A DNA stretch of 64,000 nt, from assembly GCA_002633005.1 (NCBI GenBank), contig NMRA01000178.1, forward strand, positions 131,395 through 195,394, given 5' to 3'. A model generated the notes under the pieces. That model had not been told where the DNA came from, did not search any database, and saw nothing but the letters and a program-made list of their open reading frames with translations. Positions within the stretch are counted from its first letter, which is position 1. The number at the start of each line of letters is the position of its first letter. This DNA is from Phoronis australis (lineage: Eukaryota > Animalia > Phoronida). The position numbers were made by a program, and so were the translations under genes. Below are positions 24,001 through 36,591 of the stretch, piece by piece.

Positions 24001-25506
24001 TTTTTAACACAAACTGTTTAGCAGCTATACCTTGATGTCCTTCTTACACTATGGCTTCGATATGTGGACAACATTTTAGTCAAGTTCCTGATCAGAGAAC
24101 TGAGAAAGATTAGTTGAATTTATTAACAATCTTAGACAGGAACATTAAGTATACTTATGCGGAGCTATAAAGGGAGTCTGCCTCTTTTAGACACCTTAGT
24201 TACTGAAGGAGACAATGGAAACTAAGTCTCTGTTTACAGGAAGCTGGCACACACACAGACCATAATTAGTACTTTTTTTACTCTAAACACCTGCTGCAGC
24301 ATAAATTGCGATTGATTTGCACTTTATTCCATCAGACCAAGTCTGTTCGCACAACTGCCAAATAAGGCAGTCAGTGCAGAGAAAGAGCACTAGACGGGGG
24401 GCTATAAATTACAGAGCCTTGTTGTGTTTCTATGCTGGTTTCGGACCAAAGATGAAGATCGATACGATTGTGACTAAGGCATTTATATTGAGAGTACATG
24501 AAAAATACCTCACTTCAAAGTTCATAAAAAGAATTCATTAAAAACATACAAAACACATCTTTGAGAGTAACCAAAATATGCTCAGTGACCAAAAACAGCT
24601 CCTGGCATGCGTACTGTTAAAAATGACCACTTAATTGCCCATTTGGTCAACTACATGAAGGACTGCCCCATGAGTTGCTCATATTCACAAGGTGCCCAAA
24701 GGTGTCAGTGCACCAAAAATTGCAGGTAGGCGGTACTTTTCATCAAGTTTTGTGGGACCCGCGCGGGGTCCAATAGGCCAATAAATTTCTGTTTCGTCCC
24801 CACAAAAGGTCTGCCCACTGCATTGGCCCCTGAGCACAATAAAAAGCACACTCATGGTCATCTTCCTATTCACAATAGCCACCACTATTAATTCTCAGAC
24901 CTGGCACACCAATAGGGATTCTCTCAGCAATTTTTGGTACATGTCTGTGTACACCTGACCTCGTCGATACATGTGACGCCACAGAGGACTGCTCCAATTA
25001 AGTTTGATTGCGGAGTACTTGTTCGAGTTGGAAGGAATTAAAGGCATCAACGGCCTCCTAAGGATAAGGTGTCCCTCTATGATTGATGTACAACAAGTAC
25101 GTAAAGTCGTAAACGTAAAGCAACATGCCGGCTTTGATGTTTTTATGTCTCTGATTTTGATAATCAGACAATCATTGTTATTGAGACTCAGTTCAGTGGA
25201 CGAAACTGGTTCTCAAAATCAGGGACCACAATCCAACCAATGCCAATTTGAAATCAGTGTGATTGGGACGTCTCCGGGCACTCAGCCACTGCTGTGCTGG
25301 GAGTGGCGAGTGAATCACTGACTAGAAACAAAATACAGTGATTTGTTTGTTATTACGCGCTTGTCTCCGTAACAAAGCTTCGCCTTCCATCATATTATTC
25401 TAAAAGTTCGTGATTAAGTGAATACTTACCGATATGTATAGTTTTTTGAAAGACATTTCTTGATTTTATTCTTCGTTACAACGAAACTCTCACTTCCGCT
25501 CTCCAT
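12039..25506 (-). CDS. MAPK8IP1: JNK-interacting protein 1/2 (JIP1/Aplip1-like) scaffold, 12 exons, ~515 aa
   Basis: Exons 25430-25506, 21563-21788, 19926-20013, 18932-19110, 17635-17818, 16523-16690, 16089-16178, 15431-15639, 14591-14668, 13867-13943, 13357-13455, 12039-12111, all phase-compatible. Motifs: [10 protein letters not shown]; SH3 ([16 protein letters not shown]...[21 protein letters not shown]); PTB (RFLGSIEV...[28 protein letters not shown]); C-terminal PTEDIYLE*. Confidence 0.95.
13436..13493 (-). repeat. Exact 29-bp duplication spanning the JIP1 exon-11 acceptor
   Basis: TAGTGATGAAACCAAAATATCTGAAATAA x2. Confidence 0.95.
14044..14256. mobile_element. Palindromic element made of two head-to-head tRNA-like units
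   Basis: Right arm TCCTCAGTAGCTCAGTGGTACAAGCACTAGACCGGCAATCTAGAGACCTGTGATTTGATTCCCAATTGGGGA. The left arm is its imperfect reverse complement. T-stems are broken, so these are pseudo-tRNAs. Confidence 0.75.
16240..16430 (+). mobile_element. Penelope-like retroelement 3' fragment (GIY-YIG tail plus decayed hammerhead)
   Basis: Translation [36 protein letters not shown] resembles the PLE endonuclease C-terminus. It is followed by the stem GGCCTGG-CGGA-CCAGGCC then AAAACGTC. Confidence 0.75.
16670..16872 (-). repeat. 50-bp tandem repeat x4, each unit containing the JIP1 exon-6 acceptor
   Basis: Unit TTGATGACTCTGTGAGGTATCCTGATAAAGGTAGACAATGTTAGAGTGAC. The leftmost unit overlaps the exon. Confidence 0.95.
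23622..23868. mobile_element. hAT-like MITE
   Basis: GC-rich insert with imperfect termini CATAGGCAGATTTAGG / CTTAGATCCGTCACTG and GGGCCC subterminal motifs. Confidence 0.5.
23940..24310 (+). pseudogene. Decayed Penelope-like reverse transcriptase fragment
   Basis: Interrupted frames give [43 protein letters not shown] and KHLLQHK, in the order of the PLE RT motifs MGSP/RYVDD/LPFLD/VYRK/HP..HK. Confidence 0.8.
24985..25085. mobile_element. Foldback MITE family, arm fragment
   Basis: AGGACTGCTC...GTTCGAGTTGGAAGGAATTAAA...AAGGTGTCCCTCTATG matches 1278-1372 and 26506-26606. Confidence 0.75.
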
Positions 25507-25660
25507 TTTAACAACATCACGAACGACTACTTTACGCTAGCATACTTTACGACAAAAATAAAGACTTTTCTACGCTTATTTGGGAAGTCTTGTGGAAAAA
25601 CAGGGGTCTTCCTTCTCCGCCATCTTTGATTTTTGGTGACCGGTGCAAGCGATCGTAACG
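25507..25660. promoter_or_regulatory. Ultra-compact bidirectional promoter, JIP1/ATP5PB
   Basis: Only 154 bp between divergent ATGs. YY1 consensus CCGCCATCTT at ~25617-25626 follows a pyrimidine run. Confidence 0.7.
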
Positions 25661-28600
25661 ATGCTTTCTCGGCTAGCATTACGATGTGGTAAGTCATACG
25701 AAAGCAGAATGTGTAACCACTGAAAAGATCTGCCACATGCACTTGCCTTTTTCTGCGATTATCTGTGTTTAAGGCATTCATGGACTGGGCTATCTCTGAA
25801 CTGAAAAGACAGATGTCAAAATTTGTGGAGTCTCCTCCATGGCACTGGCCATTTCATCAACCAGTTTACAGTTTATTGTTAATCTGGCACTTCGAATTTG
25901 CGAATCACGTCATTTGCGGATTGCTTCGCAGATTACTTATCAATAAAGGGTGGTCGATTTGTTGACTTCAGGTGGCTACTGTGTCCTCAGATTTTGCTTG
26001 TCTGTCAAAAATCCCAGCCCCAAAAAGTACACGTCCTGGCACACTGTCTTGGATGCTGTGCTTAATATCAAGATGACGTGAACTTGGAATACACGAGGAA
26101 AGTTGATACGTTCACTCAAATAATCACTGTCATATTGATAAAAGTTTGGGAAGTCAAGAAGTGGAGTAAACGGTTGACAAGTGATCACTATCTCTAGCTG
26201 GCCCAGTAGAGATGGTGGAGCTCCTAAGAGCTTCATATAGTGAAAACTTTTCTGCGAATTATGCCTCACACTGACTAAAACATCAAAATCTTTATTAATT
26301 CCTTTTTGCATAGAGGGACACATTAGTAGGCCAACTCAAAGAAATACTCCCGAGATCAAACTTCTTCTTCAAGGAGTCCCTCGTTCAGTTCCCAAATTCG
26401 GTAACTCGCCAGTTTTAACATTACGCGCGGCAGGTGGTATGACGTCATATCACCTGGCGTGCGCAGTGTAAAAATGACGAGTTACCGATTTTGGGAACTG
26501 AATGAAGGACTGCTCAAAGAAAAACTTGGGTTACGGCAGTATTTCTTCGAGTTCTAAGGAATTAAGTACATTGACAGCCTTCTAAGACTAAGATGTCCCT
26601 CTATGTGCAAAATGGTATTTATAACCACGTGCATTTGATGTTTTAGTCAGTGTGAAGCATAATTTGCTGAAATGCTTCCTGTGTATGAAGCTCCTGTAGG
26701 AGCTCCATCGTCTCTACTGAGCCAGCTAGAGACGGTGATCACTGTCTAAGGAAACGGGCTCCTCTTCAAAATGGCTATCAGGAACCAGACTCACTGAATA
26801 ACGGACATTGCTGTTATTCAGTGAAAGCTGGTTCACGGCAGCCGTTTACTCCACTTTTACGAAAATTTGTGCTGCACTAAATCAAATTACATGTTAATAT
26901 AACACAGCAAGTTTTAACCATCCTCTCTTCAGCTTTTGGTAATCTTATTCTGTAATCACCAATTAATAATTGATTTAACCATTCAAATATTCCTCCGATT
27001 CTTTAATGCAAGCTTCAGGAAAGTAGAGATGGGTGATGCGAGGCTAATAATCACCAAAATTCTTTACACGCCTCAAAAAACTTTACTCGATTGCCTTAAT
27101 GAATAGTCAATTCCAAGTCCATGCATATGCGATCTTGAGGTTAGGTAGGATTCCAAGTTCACGCACAGCAAGGTCACCACGCCACAACATAGCACTATGT
27201 CTGTAGTCAATGTGCTGTGAATGTAGTAGTTTAAAGACTTGTAATATTCGGCTAGGTGGGTCCCTGATGGATATAAAGTTTATTTGAGAAGTAGTCACTT
27301 GTAATGGACGTTATTGAGTCAGTGGAAGTAAGTGGTTCTCAAATTAGGAACTATTTCCTGAAGACCTCTCATAATCAGTCACTTAACCCCTGGGTCTGTT
27401 CCGTAATGCAAGATAATGAGGGAAGTACTTCCTTATGGATTGGAAACCAGCCTACTCATGAAAGAGGATTTGCTTTGGTGTGATCTCGTTTTTCTTGAAG
27501 AAATTTGTTCTGGGCATCACAATCCCCGTTGTCCCTGAATGATAAGTCCTAGTGCGAAAGGGGTTGTGTTGAAAAGAATTAGACTGTCAGAAATGACATT
27601 ATTAGTGTTTTGCAACTATTATCATACTGTCACTTATGGATTTCGTGAAGTCTTCAGATTTTATTTTGTGATTGGACCATTTAGTCTAAAATGTAATCTT
27701 ACTTAGTGATATGCCGTCTATGTTTTTGCCTGGTTTTGTTTTAGGCCCGCTAGCTGGGACCTTGGCTAAGCAACAACGGTGAGTAAACAGAGTAGTTATT
27801 TCTGTCATGTCTAATGAATGCATGGTCGTATTAGGCTGCTGAGCTGTTTAGTAGAATTAGACTGTTAAATTAGTGTGAAATTATGATTTGTGAGTGAAAA
27901 TAATTGAAAACTTACACATCAGTGGATGTCGTTTGATATGAACAAGGGGTCTGGCTGGCTTTAAAACTATGTGAACACTTATTTGCATGTGTCTTTGTAA
28001 TGTGGTATTTCTTCGTGTTGATTTGATTACAGATTTCTGTACCATTTATTCCAGACTGTAACTTAAAAGTCTTCATATGTTTTTGTGCTCTCATGTTTAT
28101 GTTGTGTTCATTTCAGGTTGTTTGTAACTTCAAGCCAGAGGTGTTCCAGTGCTCTCGATAACTGGAAGGAAGCCAACGGGCTTTACTATGGCCCTGAGAG
28201 AGACACTAAAAACTTTCCACACCCCGTCCAGCCAGAGAGACCCGGCCCAGTTAGGCTGGGCTTCATACCTGACGAGTGGTTCACAGCATTTTACGATAAA
28301 ACAGGAGTGACAGGTATGTGTGGGGTTTTTGTGTACAGTCACTAATTACTTGTGATTTTGTGAAAGATTGTTTCTTGGAGTTTCCCCATTACTTTGATAT
28401 GGAGAAGGCTGTAGTTATCCGGATAATGCCTTGCTGAACATTGTTCTTTTAATCACCCATGTTTGTTGATACTCCCACATTCATTTTTATTTGTGTGTGC
28501 TTTTAGTTTTTTAAAAGTGTTCAAGTCTGTGAATTTACAAAGAATTTTAAAATTTTTCACAATTTACTTGTAGGTGAGAAATTATATATTGAGCGTGTGT

Positions 28601-31600
28601 TTTATTTGACTCTTGCTCTTGTAGCAAACGGCGTAACTGTGGAACTATAGCGGCATTCAGACTAGCCTCGTCTTTTCAAAAAGTACACAGACCGAAATTA
28701 AAAGGATTTGCTGTAACTGTAATATTAGCTGTGGAAGTGAACGTTCAATTAGTGCTCTCTAACCAACACGTGTATTCAAGTAGCTAACTAAGCAATTTGA
28801 AGTAGGAGGAAATGGAAATAGACGGTGAGAAATGCCCCCTAAATTTGATCTGTGATGTCAAAGTTATTGAAAATGCAAACTAGTTAAATCTGAACTCCTT
28901 CCATTTGTTTGAGCTGTTCAAACGTTGCATCTGGAACGATTGCAAAACTTTGTCAGGCTTTGTTTGCCCAGGCTGAATCACGTATTCATGCGTGAAACTA
29001 ATGTGCAAATTTCAGAAAAATCTTGTGTCTTATGATGGTAAGTTATTCAACAGTTAGTTTTGCATGGAACAAAATTCCTCGAAATGCTTTGGTATTGCGT
29101 GCAGAATTCTGTTAATGTGTGATTTGAGGTTGCTCCTTTGACACTGAATAGTTCACTACCTTGACTTGACTGCAGGTCCGTACTTATTCCTGGGTGGACT
29201 AGTCACCTTTCTGATGTCTAAAGAGATCTGGGTGATTGACCACGGTTTCGCGGAGGTGCTGGGTTTCTGGTCTGCTGTCATTTTCCTGAACCGAAAGATT
29301 GGCAAGTCAACTGCAGAGTACCTGGATAATTTAGTTGAGGTTAGTTCCATTATTTCTTCAAATAATTAGCTACCATCAGACACCAATGCTTTGCATCAAG
29401 TTAACTATATTTATTTACCCAGACTACTGACAGTGATTCAGTGCTGTACCCACGTCTGTATTTTCTGGTGCTGAGGTCCTTGTATGTGATAGGTTGTCCA
29501 ATGTGTTTGATCCGACACAGTAGTGAATTGAAGACACTGCCAGAGTCAGTTTTGCAACACCAAGGTGAAACTGTCATCAAGGTCGGGTACTGCCTAATAA
29601 ATAATAATGCAGCTCAAATGGGACAGTTGCGGTGCTTTACAAATAGTTTGTTAGATTTCAGTTACAATCAGTTGGCTCTGAATATTGAAAAAACAATGAA
29701 TCCCTAGTTTCTAGTGATGTAATAACTGAAATCCCCCTTTTCTAATAATCCGCTAGTCCCTGTGATGTCCCATAGTGTCAAGTGTATCCATTTCGCCTGG
29801 TAGAAGAGATCAAAGTTTCAAATTAAATCATTCGAAACAACTGTTCAGAAAAGGAAATGTGAATTAAAAATCTGGACTGTTTTTAGCCGAGATGAAAACA
29901 AAAGCTTTTGTATTGTGAGTTTAGTGAAGAAAGAAAAATTACGTACTTTACAATGCCAAGATCATTGGCTAAAAGTTGAATTAATCTGAAAACTAATATT
30001 TTGGGTTAAATTTCACGCATTCTTGCAATGACTTATTACAAAAAATGATTTCTAAAATGTGGGACACAAACAAGTTCTAAATATGGGGTACAAGTGTGCC
30101 TAAAACGTGCAATATAAGGATACAATTCATTTGAAAGCCATGTAATGTTAGTGCACAAATGACGTTCGCGCTCTAGCATGATGACGATTACTTAAAATTT
30201 TGAGAAGTGGGTATCTGTGGTTTGTTACATAAAATTAAACATGCAGTTTCGAGCATTGTTTTGTGTCCATTGCAACAATCTCATGTGTTCAACTGTCTGC
30301 CTATTTACCATAGTCTATCTACCAAAGTATTGTTTTTCGTTACCATGACAGCAATTCACTCAGCGTGACCACATCAAGCCTATTGAAAATAGTAAAGTGA
30401 AGCTGCAGGAAGGTGTGGCTGATGCTGAGAAGGCTATCTGGCAAGAAGAAGGTCACCAGACCCTGTTTGAGGCCAAGAAGGTATTTTGTTGTTGGGGGAT
30501 TGGTGATACACTGAGTCTGATTGGTGATACACTGAGTCTTGACAGAGGGTGGAATAACGTTACACACTAAATATCTTCAAGTGCTCTATTGAGTCGCTGC
30601 TCATTTAGACCATTTTGATACCTATTTTAGTCTAAATTAAATATAGTTTTTCTGTTATAGACTACACAATGCAGAGATAGCCTCTGTGACCACTTGTAAG
30701 TGATTGCAGGGTTGTTGTGAGTGTACTGACTAAACATGGTGGCTATACAGAGATACGGCTGCTAAGCAGAATGTAATGCTTGTGTGTTGAATAGTTGAGA
30801 TAGTCTGTGTTGACAGCTGCCACACAAGTTGTTTAGTGGAAGTTTCTCGTCTTTTGAGTGTTGCTATTTTCTTTTCTAAAAGTCACTCTAAGTATTGTTT
30901 ACAGTCCCCTATGAGTTGTATGTTTACAGTCATATCTAAAATGCTCTTTTCCCCTTTCAGGAGCATGTAGACTTCCAACTAGAAGCCATATACCGTGAAA
31001 GACTCAACTCTGTATATCAGCAAGTTAAAAAAAGACTTGTAAGTATACAGTTGTATTAACATGAGACAGTAAAACCTGTTGTAAATGCTGTAGGTTTTAG
31101 TGCTTTTATGTCTGCAATACAGTTTGGGGCCCAGTAATATTTGTGAAAACCACATGCTCCAAGCATTTTCAAGAACATATCAATTGGCACACTTGTTTTT
31201 TTGGTGTTTTTGTTGGATGTGGACACCTAATATTGAGTTGTTATTCAGTGTTTGTGTTCTGTGTGAAGGAACTGCTGAGTGATTTCTGTTGTTCAGTCAT
31301 AACTGTTTCGTCATTGTTCCCAAGAATTTTTTCTATTACGGGTGCACTGGCAAATGCCATTCGAGTCGTAGGTTTCTGAAACATGAGAACATACTTTGGA
31401 ACTTGTTACCGAAAGTGATATGAACTCTGCATCAGTGTGTAGACAAGACGTTTGCAGATTTGTTGTTCACAATACATGTGGTATTACCAGCTCGGAGAGT
31501 TCACTACAGGTGTCTGCGAGGTTGTTGCCGGTGTTAAGTGGCTAAAAAATTTGACATCAGCACCGGCCTTGTAGCCATTTGTCTACTCAGCAAGTGTTCA

Positions 31601-32647
31601 CCAACTACTGTGGTGTTAAAAGCTCATGGGCTGATACATTGATCTAAGAACACTTGTTCTGAAGGATCATGGACTGATTGAACTGATCTTGCAAAGAACA
31701 TTGTATTGATGGTTAGGGGCATCTTTAGTAGTCCAACTGGTGCAGTCATCGTGGATATATGATTAGTGCACAGAGGCCTACAGGTTGGGCCAAAAAATTG
31801 ACTGGTCTCGTGTGATATGAAGCCTGGCCACAAGAGTCCGACATTGGGCAAGATTGTAATTCTAGTGTAGAGATGTTGAGAATTGGTTTGATACATGGTA
31901 AATCGCAGATATTTTAATTTGGTGTTAACCATTAAAAGTTAACTTGGTGGTAATCTGATCATTATTACTATGTCAGGATTACCAGCTGGAGTTAGAGAAC
32001 ACACAGCGTAGGTTTGAACATCAACATATGGTCAATTGGATCACACAGAGTGTACTCAAAGGCATCACACCTCAACAGGTGAGTGAGACTGCTAGAAAGT
32101 ACTGTCAATTTGCAGGTCTGGTCTTGTGACAATTATGAAGGTTTTCCTCTGTTTGTATGCATTGTGCTCATTACTTGTGTGCTTTGTTCAATTTAACAAG
32201 TCAAACTCGGCTATAATGTTAAGGAGTGTCTAGAATTGTGTATACTGTTGGGGGTATTAGTCGGATATAATGTGCCCGCATTTTGGGAACCAGTTTTCTG
32301 CATTGAATAACAGGTACCAAACTGGTTCTCAGAATCTAGGAACATTGAACCATTGACCTCTTGGCTATCAGTTCTATGTCATGGTATGATCAGGCGCAGT
32401 CTCATCACTAGCTGTAATGTTTGTAGTCTCATCACTTGGTGAATTGTTCGCAGAGTTCAACTGTTGAATTCAGGGAACCATTCGCAATACTTACAAGTTT
32501 TTGCTTTGAAGTTTTTCCACCTTGTTGTATTTTAAAACAGAATTGTTGAGACACTGCTGGTACAAGTGTTTGTGTTGTTTATTGTAGGAAAAAGATAGTT
32601 TAAAGAAGTGTATAACAGACCTCAAGTCACTATCTGCCACTGCATAG
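25661..32647 (+). CDS. ATP5PB: Mitochondrial ATP synthase peripheral stalk subunit b, 8 exons, ~263 aa
   Basis: Exons 25661-25688, 27745-27778, 28117-28313, 29176-29339, 30352-30480, 30961-31038, 31977-32078, 32588-32647. Motifs [49 protein letters not shown]...[24 protein letters not shown]. Confidence 0.97.
26174..26748. mobile_element. Full-length ~575-bp foldback (palindromic) Mutator-like MITE
   Basis: Arms are reverse complements over nearly the whole length, centred on ATGACGTCAT (~26439-26448). Flanks AGTAAACGG / AGGAAACGG (9-bp TSD, one mismatch). Confidence 0.9.
30499..30540. repeat. 21-bp duplication just inside ATP5PB intron 5
   Basis: GATTGGTGATACACTGAGTCT x2. Confidence 0.85.
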
Positions 32648-35594
32648 AATGAGACAAGTTTGGATGTATTGATGATCATGGTGTGAACTTCCAGGCAACA
32701 GTTATAGGCTTTATATACTGAAAAGTAAACTGGTGTGTTACTTGGAACAAAGATTGTTATAGACTGTGTTTCAGTTCACCTTCTTGAAATTGTGGCGTTT
32801 TTGTAAAAATGTGTTATTAGGATGAATAAATTATGACTGTTAAACTACAAATTCTTTTCTCCTCATGCCTTCTGGCATAAATTTTTGCGAATGTCGAGAT
32901 TTGACTCGATCTTGGAAACGTAAAAGCCAGATGATGTCATGGATAAAATCAGTTACGACTATCAATCTGAAAGTAAATTGACTGTCAAAATTGACTTTGT
33001 CTTACACCACACGCTGCTTCTAATTCTACATTGGAACTTGTTCTCATGGTTTTACATAGATGCACGTGATGGTAAACAAATATAAATGTCCTCACTTGCA
33101 ATTTAGAGGTAAATCCTCAAACTGATGAAAGCAGTAATATTCAGCAAGTAACAAATGTGCATACACATGGGAGATAATCGGAAGTTACACCCTACTCTGT
33201 TGAAAACCATTTCATAGTGCACTTGCACCCATTTGTAATATGCCTTAGAACATTTCTATTCTGAACTTGCAAAGATCAGCTTGCTGTCGATGTGTTTTTC
33301 AAGCAAGGCAGCCAAGAGTGTATTGAATTATAAAGCACTGAGGTGTTGCTAATGGAAAGAGACAAAGTAATACTACAACCCAGTTGACCACATGCATCCT
33401 GACAGTCTTGCACTCTGGTAAAAGTGAATAAAAAAAGTTCAGTGAATCTAGGAGATTGTGCATTGATGTGAAAATAGGCTGAATCAATATATAACACGTA
33501 CACAAGGTCACGGGTAAAAACAAAAGGAACAGGGAGTGATCTTTTGGTTTATTTGAAAAATTTCAATTGCATTGAATACAAACATTTCCAAGGCTAGTTG
33601 CTAAGTGTGTTTCACAAACCACTAGGATTGGAACACAACAAAAATTTTAGTTCAAATTATCACAGGTGCAGGACCGATTCTTCAAGAGGATGAGAGTATT
33701 ACGAGTTCTATTTTAAAGTGGCAATAAACCCGCATTCTGTCGAAACAAAGTTTGTTTAGACCTCTTGACACTAAAAGATTAGTTTCCACCTGTTCATTAC
33801 TCAGATGAGAAGTGATTTTATATCTTGCAAATAAATGATGGGTTGCGTTTTTTACGCGGTGCTTTGCGATTAAAATGACATGACAAGTCGACACATGGAG
33901 TCTGGTCTTTAGCCATAGGAAACTGTCTGTGATTCAACAAGCCCAGAATAACACCTATTTCGATCAAGGAACAATAGAACAATTTTATGATGGGACGTTA
34001 TCTAAATAGTTTTGTGACAGAAATGGAGTTTGTAGCCCCTTTAGAATGAGTCTACGCAGACTAATACCATAGCAGAGACTAGACGACTCCGATCTAATCT
34101 ACCGCATAATTTGTTACGGCACGACAAAGGCTGGCTATCCCTACAAGGGATTGGTACCATCTACACAATGCCCTGGTGGGGCCTGGTGTAAGTTTGTAGT
34201 AAATGGACAACACTGAAGTGACACCTATCAGGCTAGTCAACTTGCAGAACTTTCCAAATAAGGAAGGCAATAGCCAGAAACTTGAATGTACGAACAGCTT
34301 GCACGGAGCCAGTGTGCTCTACTACAGGCTGGAAAAAGTTCACATTTATAGAACACAGCCCAAAAATAACTTGTGGAACCCAGTGACATCCTGAAGAACT
34401 ATTTGATGAAGGCTTTAAAATGTAGGCAGAGTCAGAAGTTCACACATCCTAAAGACAACTGGGACGGACTTGGTGGGCACAAATTAAGCGCATCTACAAA
34501 CTGGAGAATTGACCACAGAATGTACAGATTTGTTGAGTCTATCGACCAGGCTACCATAGAGTGATGACTTAGTGACCAGTAAACAGCTCGGCTGTTATGT
34601 TTGAAAAAAGATTAGCTGTTGTGGACTTACTAATGGTATAAAGTTTTTAGTAAAACCACTTTCTATTCGCAATGTCATGAATAAATGCTTATCCATCTTT
34701 AGAGGGCATACACTTTTCATCACATGTGAAGCAACTGAAAAAAATATTTATTCACACAAGTAAAAACAGCTTAAAATGTATTCTCTAAAAAGCGATGACA
34801 ACGCCATTAACAAAAATATGTCAATGTTTTTTCATTTCAGCAGGAAACAGCTGTTGTATTCAATGAAGTTCTGTATTTGAAGTTCACAGGTCATACAAAA
34901 GGTCAAGCATGGGTCACCAGAAGCCAGAACTAAGTTACATGACAAAAATATCTATCTACATGTATAGAAATGAGTCATACTTATCTACAGTTTTCTACAC
35001 AGCACAGTACAAGTACGTACATTCTCAATAGTCACACATGTCACAGACATTCCAACACAACATAGAAACTTGAGCTAACGAAGATTGTACTCTTAAAATT
35101 AATCAAATAAATTGACAGACTACAGCTAAAATGTTAATGTTAAAACAGTTTGAAAAGAAATGAGCGTTTGACTAAGTGAAATGGCCATGTTTTGTCATGC
35201 ATAGATCAGACGGTAATCATCAGCTCAAGTTGTCTGACCTCAACCTAGTGTTTTTGAATCTTCAAAATAACAAGCTTCGAATAACTTAAGTTTCAAATTC
35301 AGCCCTTGCAAAGCCTTATGGGAGTGGCTCACTCCGTCTGAAAAAAATCTTTAAATCCCAAAAATCTGATTATGTGGCATTACCACTGGCCAGCACCCAG
35401 ATGGCATTCTGAGATGTGTAAATAGTACCAGCTAATAATAGTAAAATGTAAGACATGATACAATATAACATATATAAAGAACCACAAAGACAATAGCTAC
35501 AATGTATCGCATGGAATATTTACAATTATAGTGGATGAATACAAAACTTATGGTACAACCCAGTATTTCAGACAGATTCTATCACGATACACAT

Positions 35595-36091
35595 CAGGGC
35601 TTGGAATGACCAATGGCGAAAAACGCGGAAATTTTTACGGCCCGAAACATGCGCAGCCAGCCTTGAAAAAGTCAGTGTGGACCTTTTGTCAACCAAAATC
35701 GAGAGGACCAAAAAGAAAAAAAAAAAAAAAACGGTACCACCTCCGGAAGCGTGTGCCTGCGTCTGTCACTCGTCTGCCACTCCCACCTCCAAGCATTTTT
35801 TTGCTGCAGAGTCGTAGTATTTGTCACCACAGTTTACAATCACACGAGCCGCCATTGAGGAAATCCACCATGCTATCCCAGATGCCCCGGCAATGTTGAC
35901 AATTTACGTTCCTCGAGCAACTTCCGCTTTTCGAGGTGAAAGTCGTCGGCAACGCGGCGGTAAGAAAGACATTTGCCGCGGAAATTTTATATCAAATCTG
36001 ATTTTTTTTACGCGGAAATAAAATAAAATACGCGGAAAGAACATTTGAAAAAAGCGGAAATCCGCGTTTTCGCGGAAAATTCCAAGCCCTG
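35595..36091. mobile_element. Non-autonomous hAT-like element with 6-bp TSD
   Basis: TIR CAGGGCTTGGAAT / ATTCCAAGCCCTG. Flanks ACACAT on both sides. CGCGGAAA subterminal repeats. Confidence 0.85.
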
Positions 36092-36392
36092 ACACATGTG
36101 ATTCAGTGTAGCTGTTCTGTCCAGTCACCGGTACATGATGCAGAAATTGTGGTTCCCCTCCTTATACTAAATGCAAACATTTTGTTTACAGTACACACAT
36201 TCAAAAAGTGTCAACATATTTAACGTCGTGTTGACTGCCCTTCACATTACAAACAGTGACACTGCCTTACTGCACGTCAGTTCATTGTATCTAACAAATG
36301 CTTCAGATGTAATCACACTCTTGCCATACCAAAAAATGTTTCTGTACAACCGTTCAATGCATCCGACCAATTATGCAACTGACGCTAAACAG

Positions 36393-36591
36393 TGGTCCAA
36401 TGTATTACTACCTATTTCCTTATCATAAAACATGTTTGTGTAGCAATGAGTGCCAGATGGTCCAATGTATTCCTACCTATTTCCTTATCATACAACATGT
36501 TTGTGTAGTAATGAGTGCCAGATGGTCCAATGTATTACTACCTTTTTTCCAAATCACACAACATGTTTGTGTAAGGGCGAGTGCCAGATGG
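36393..36591 (-). repeat. ~65-bp tandem repeat x3 echoing the last INCENP codons into the 3' UTR
   Basis: AACATGTTTGTGTAG..ATGAGTGCCAGATGG repeats with period 65-66. The rightmost unit is the coding IWHSPLHKHVV*. Confidence 0.9.
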
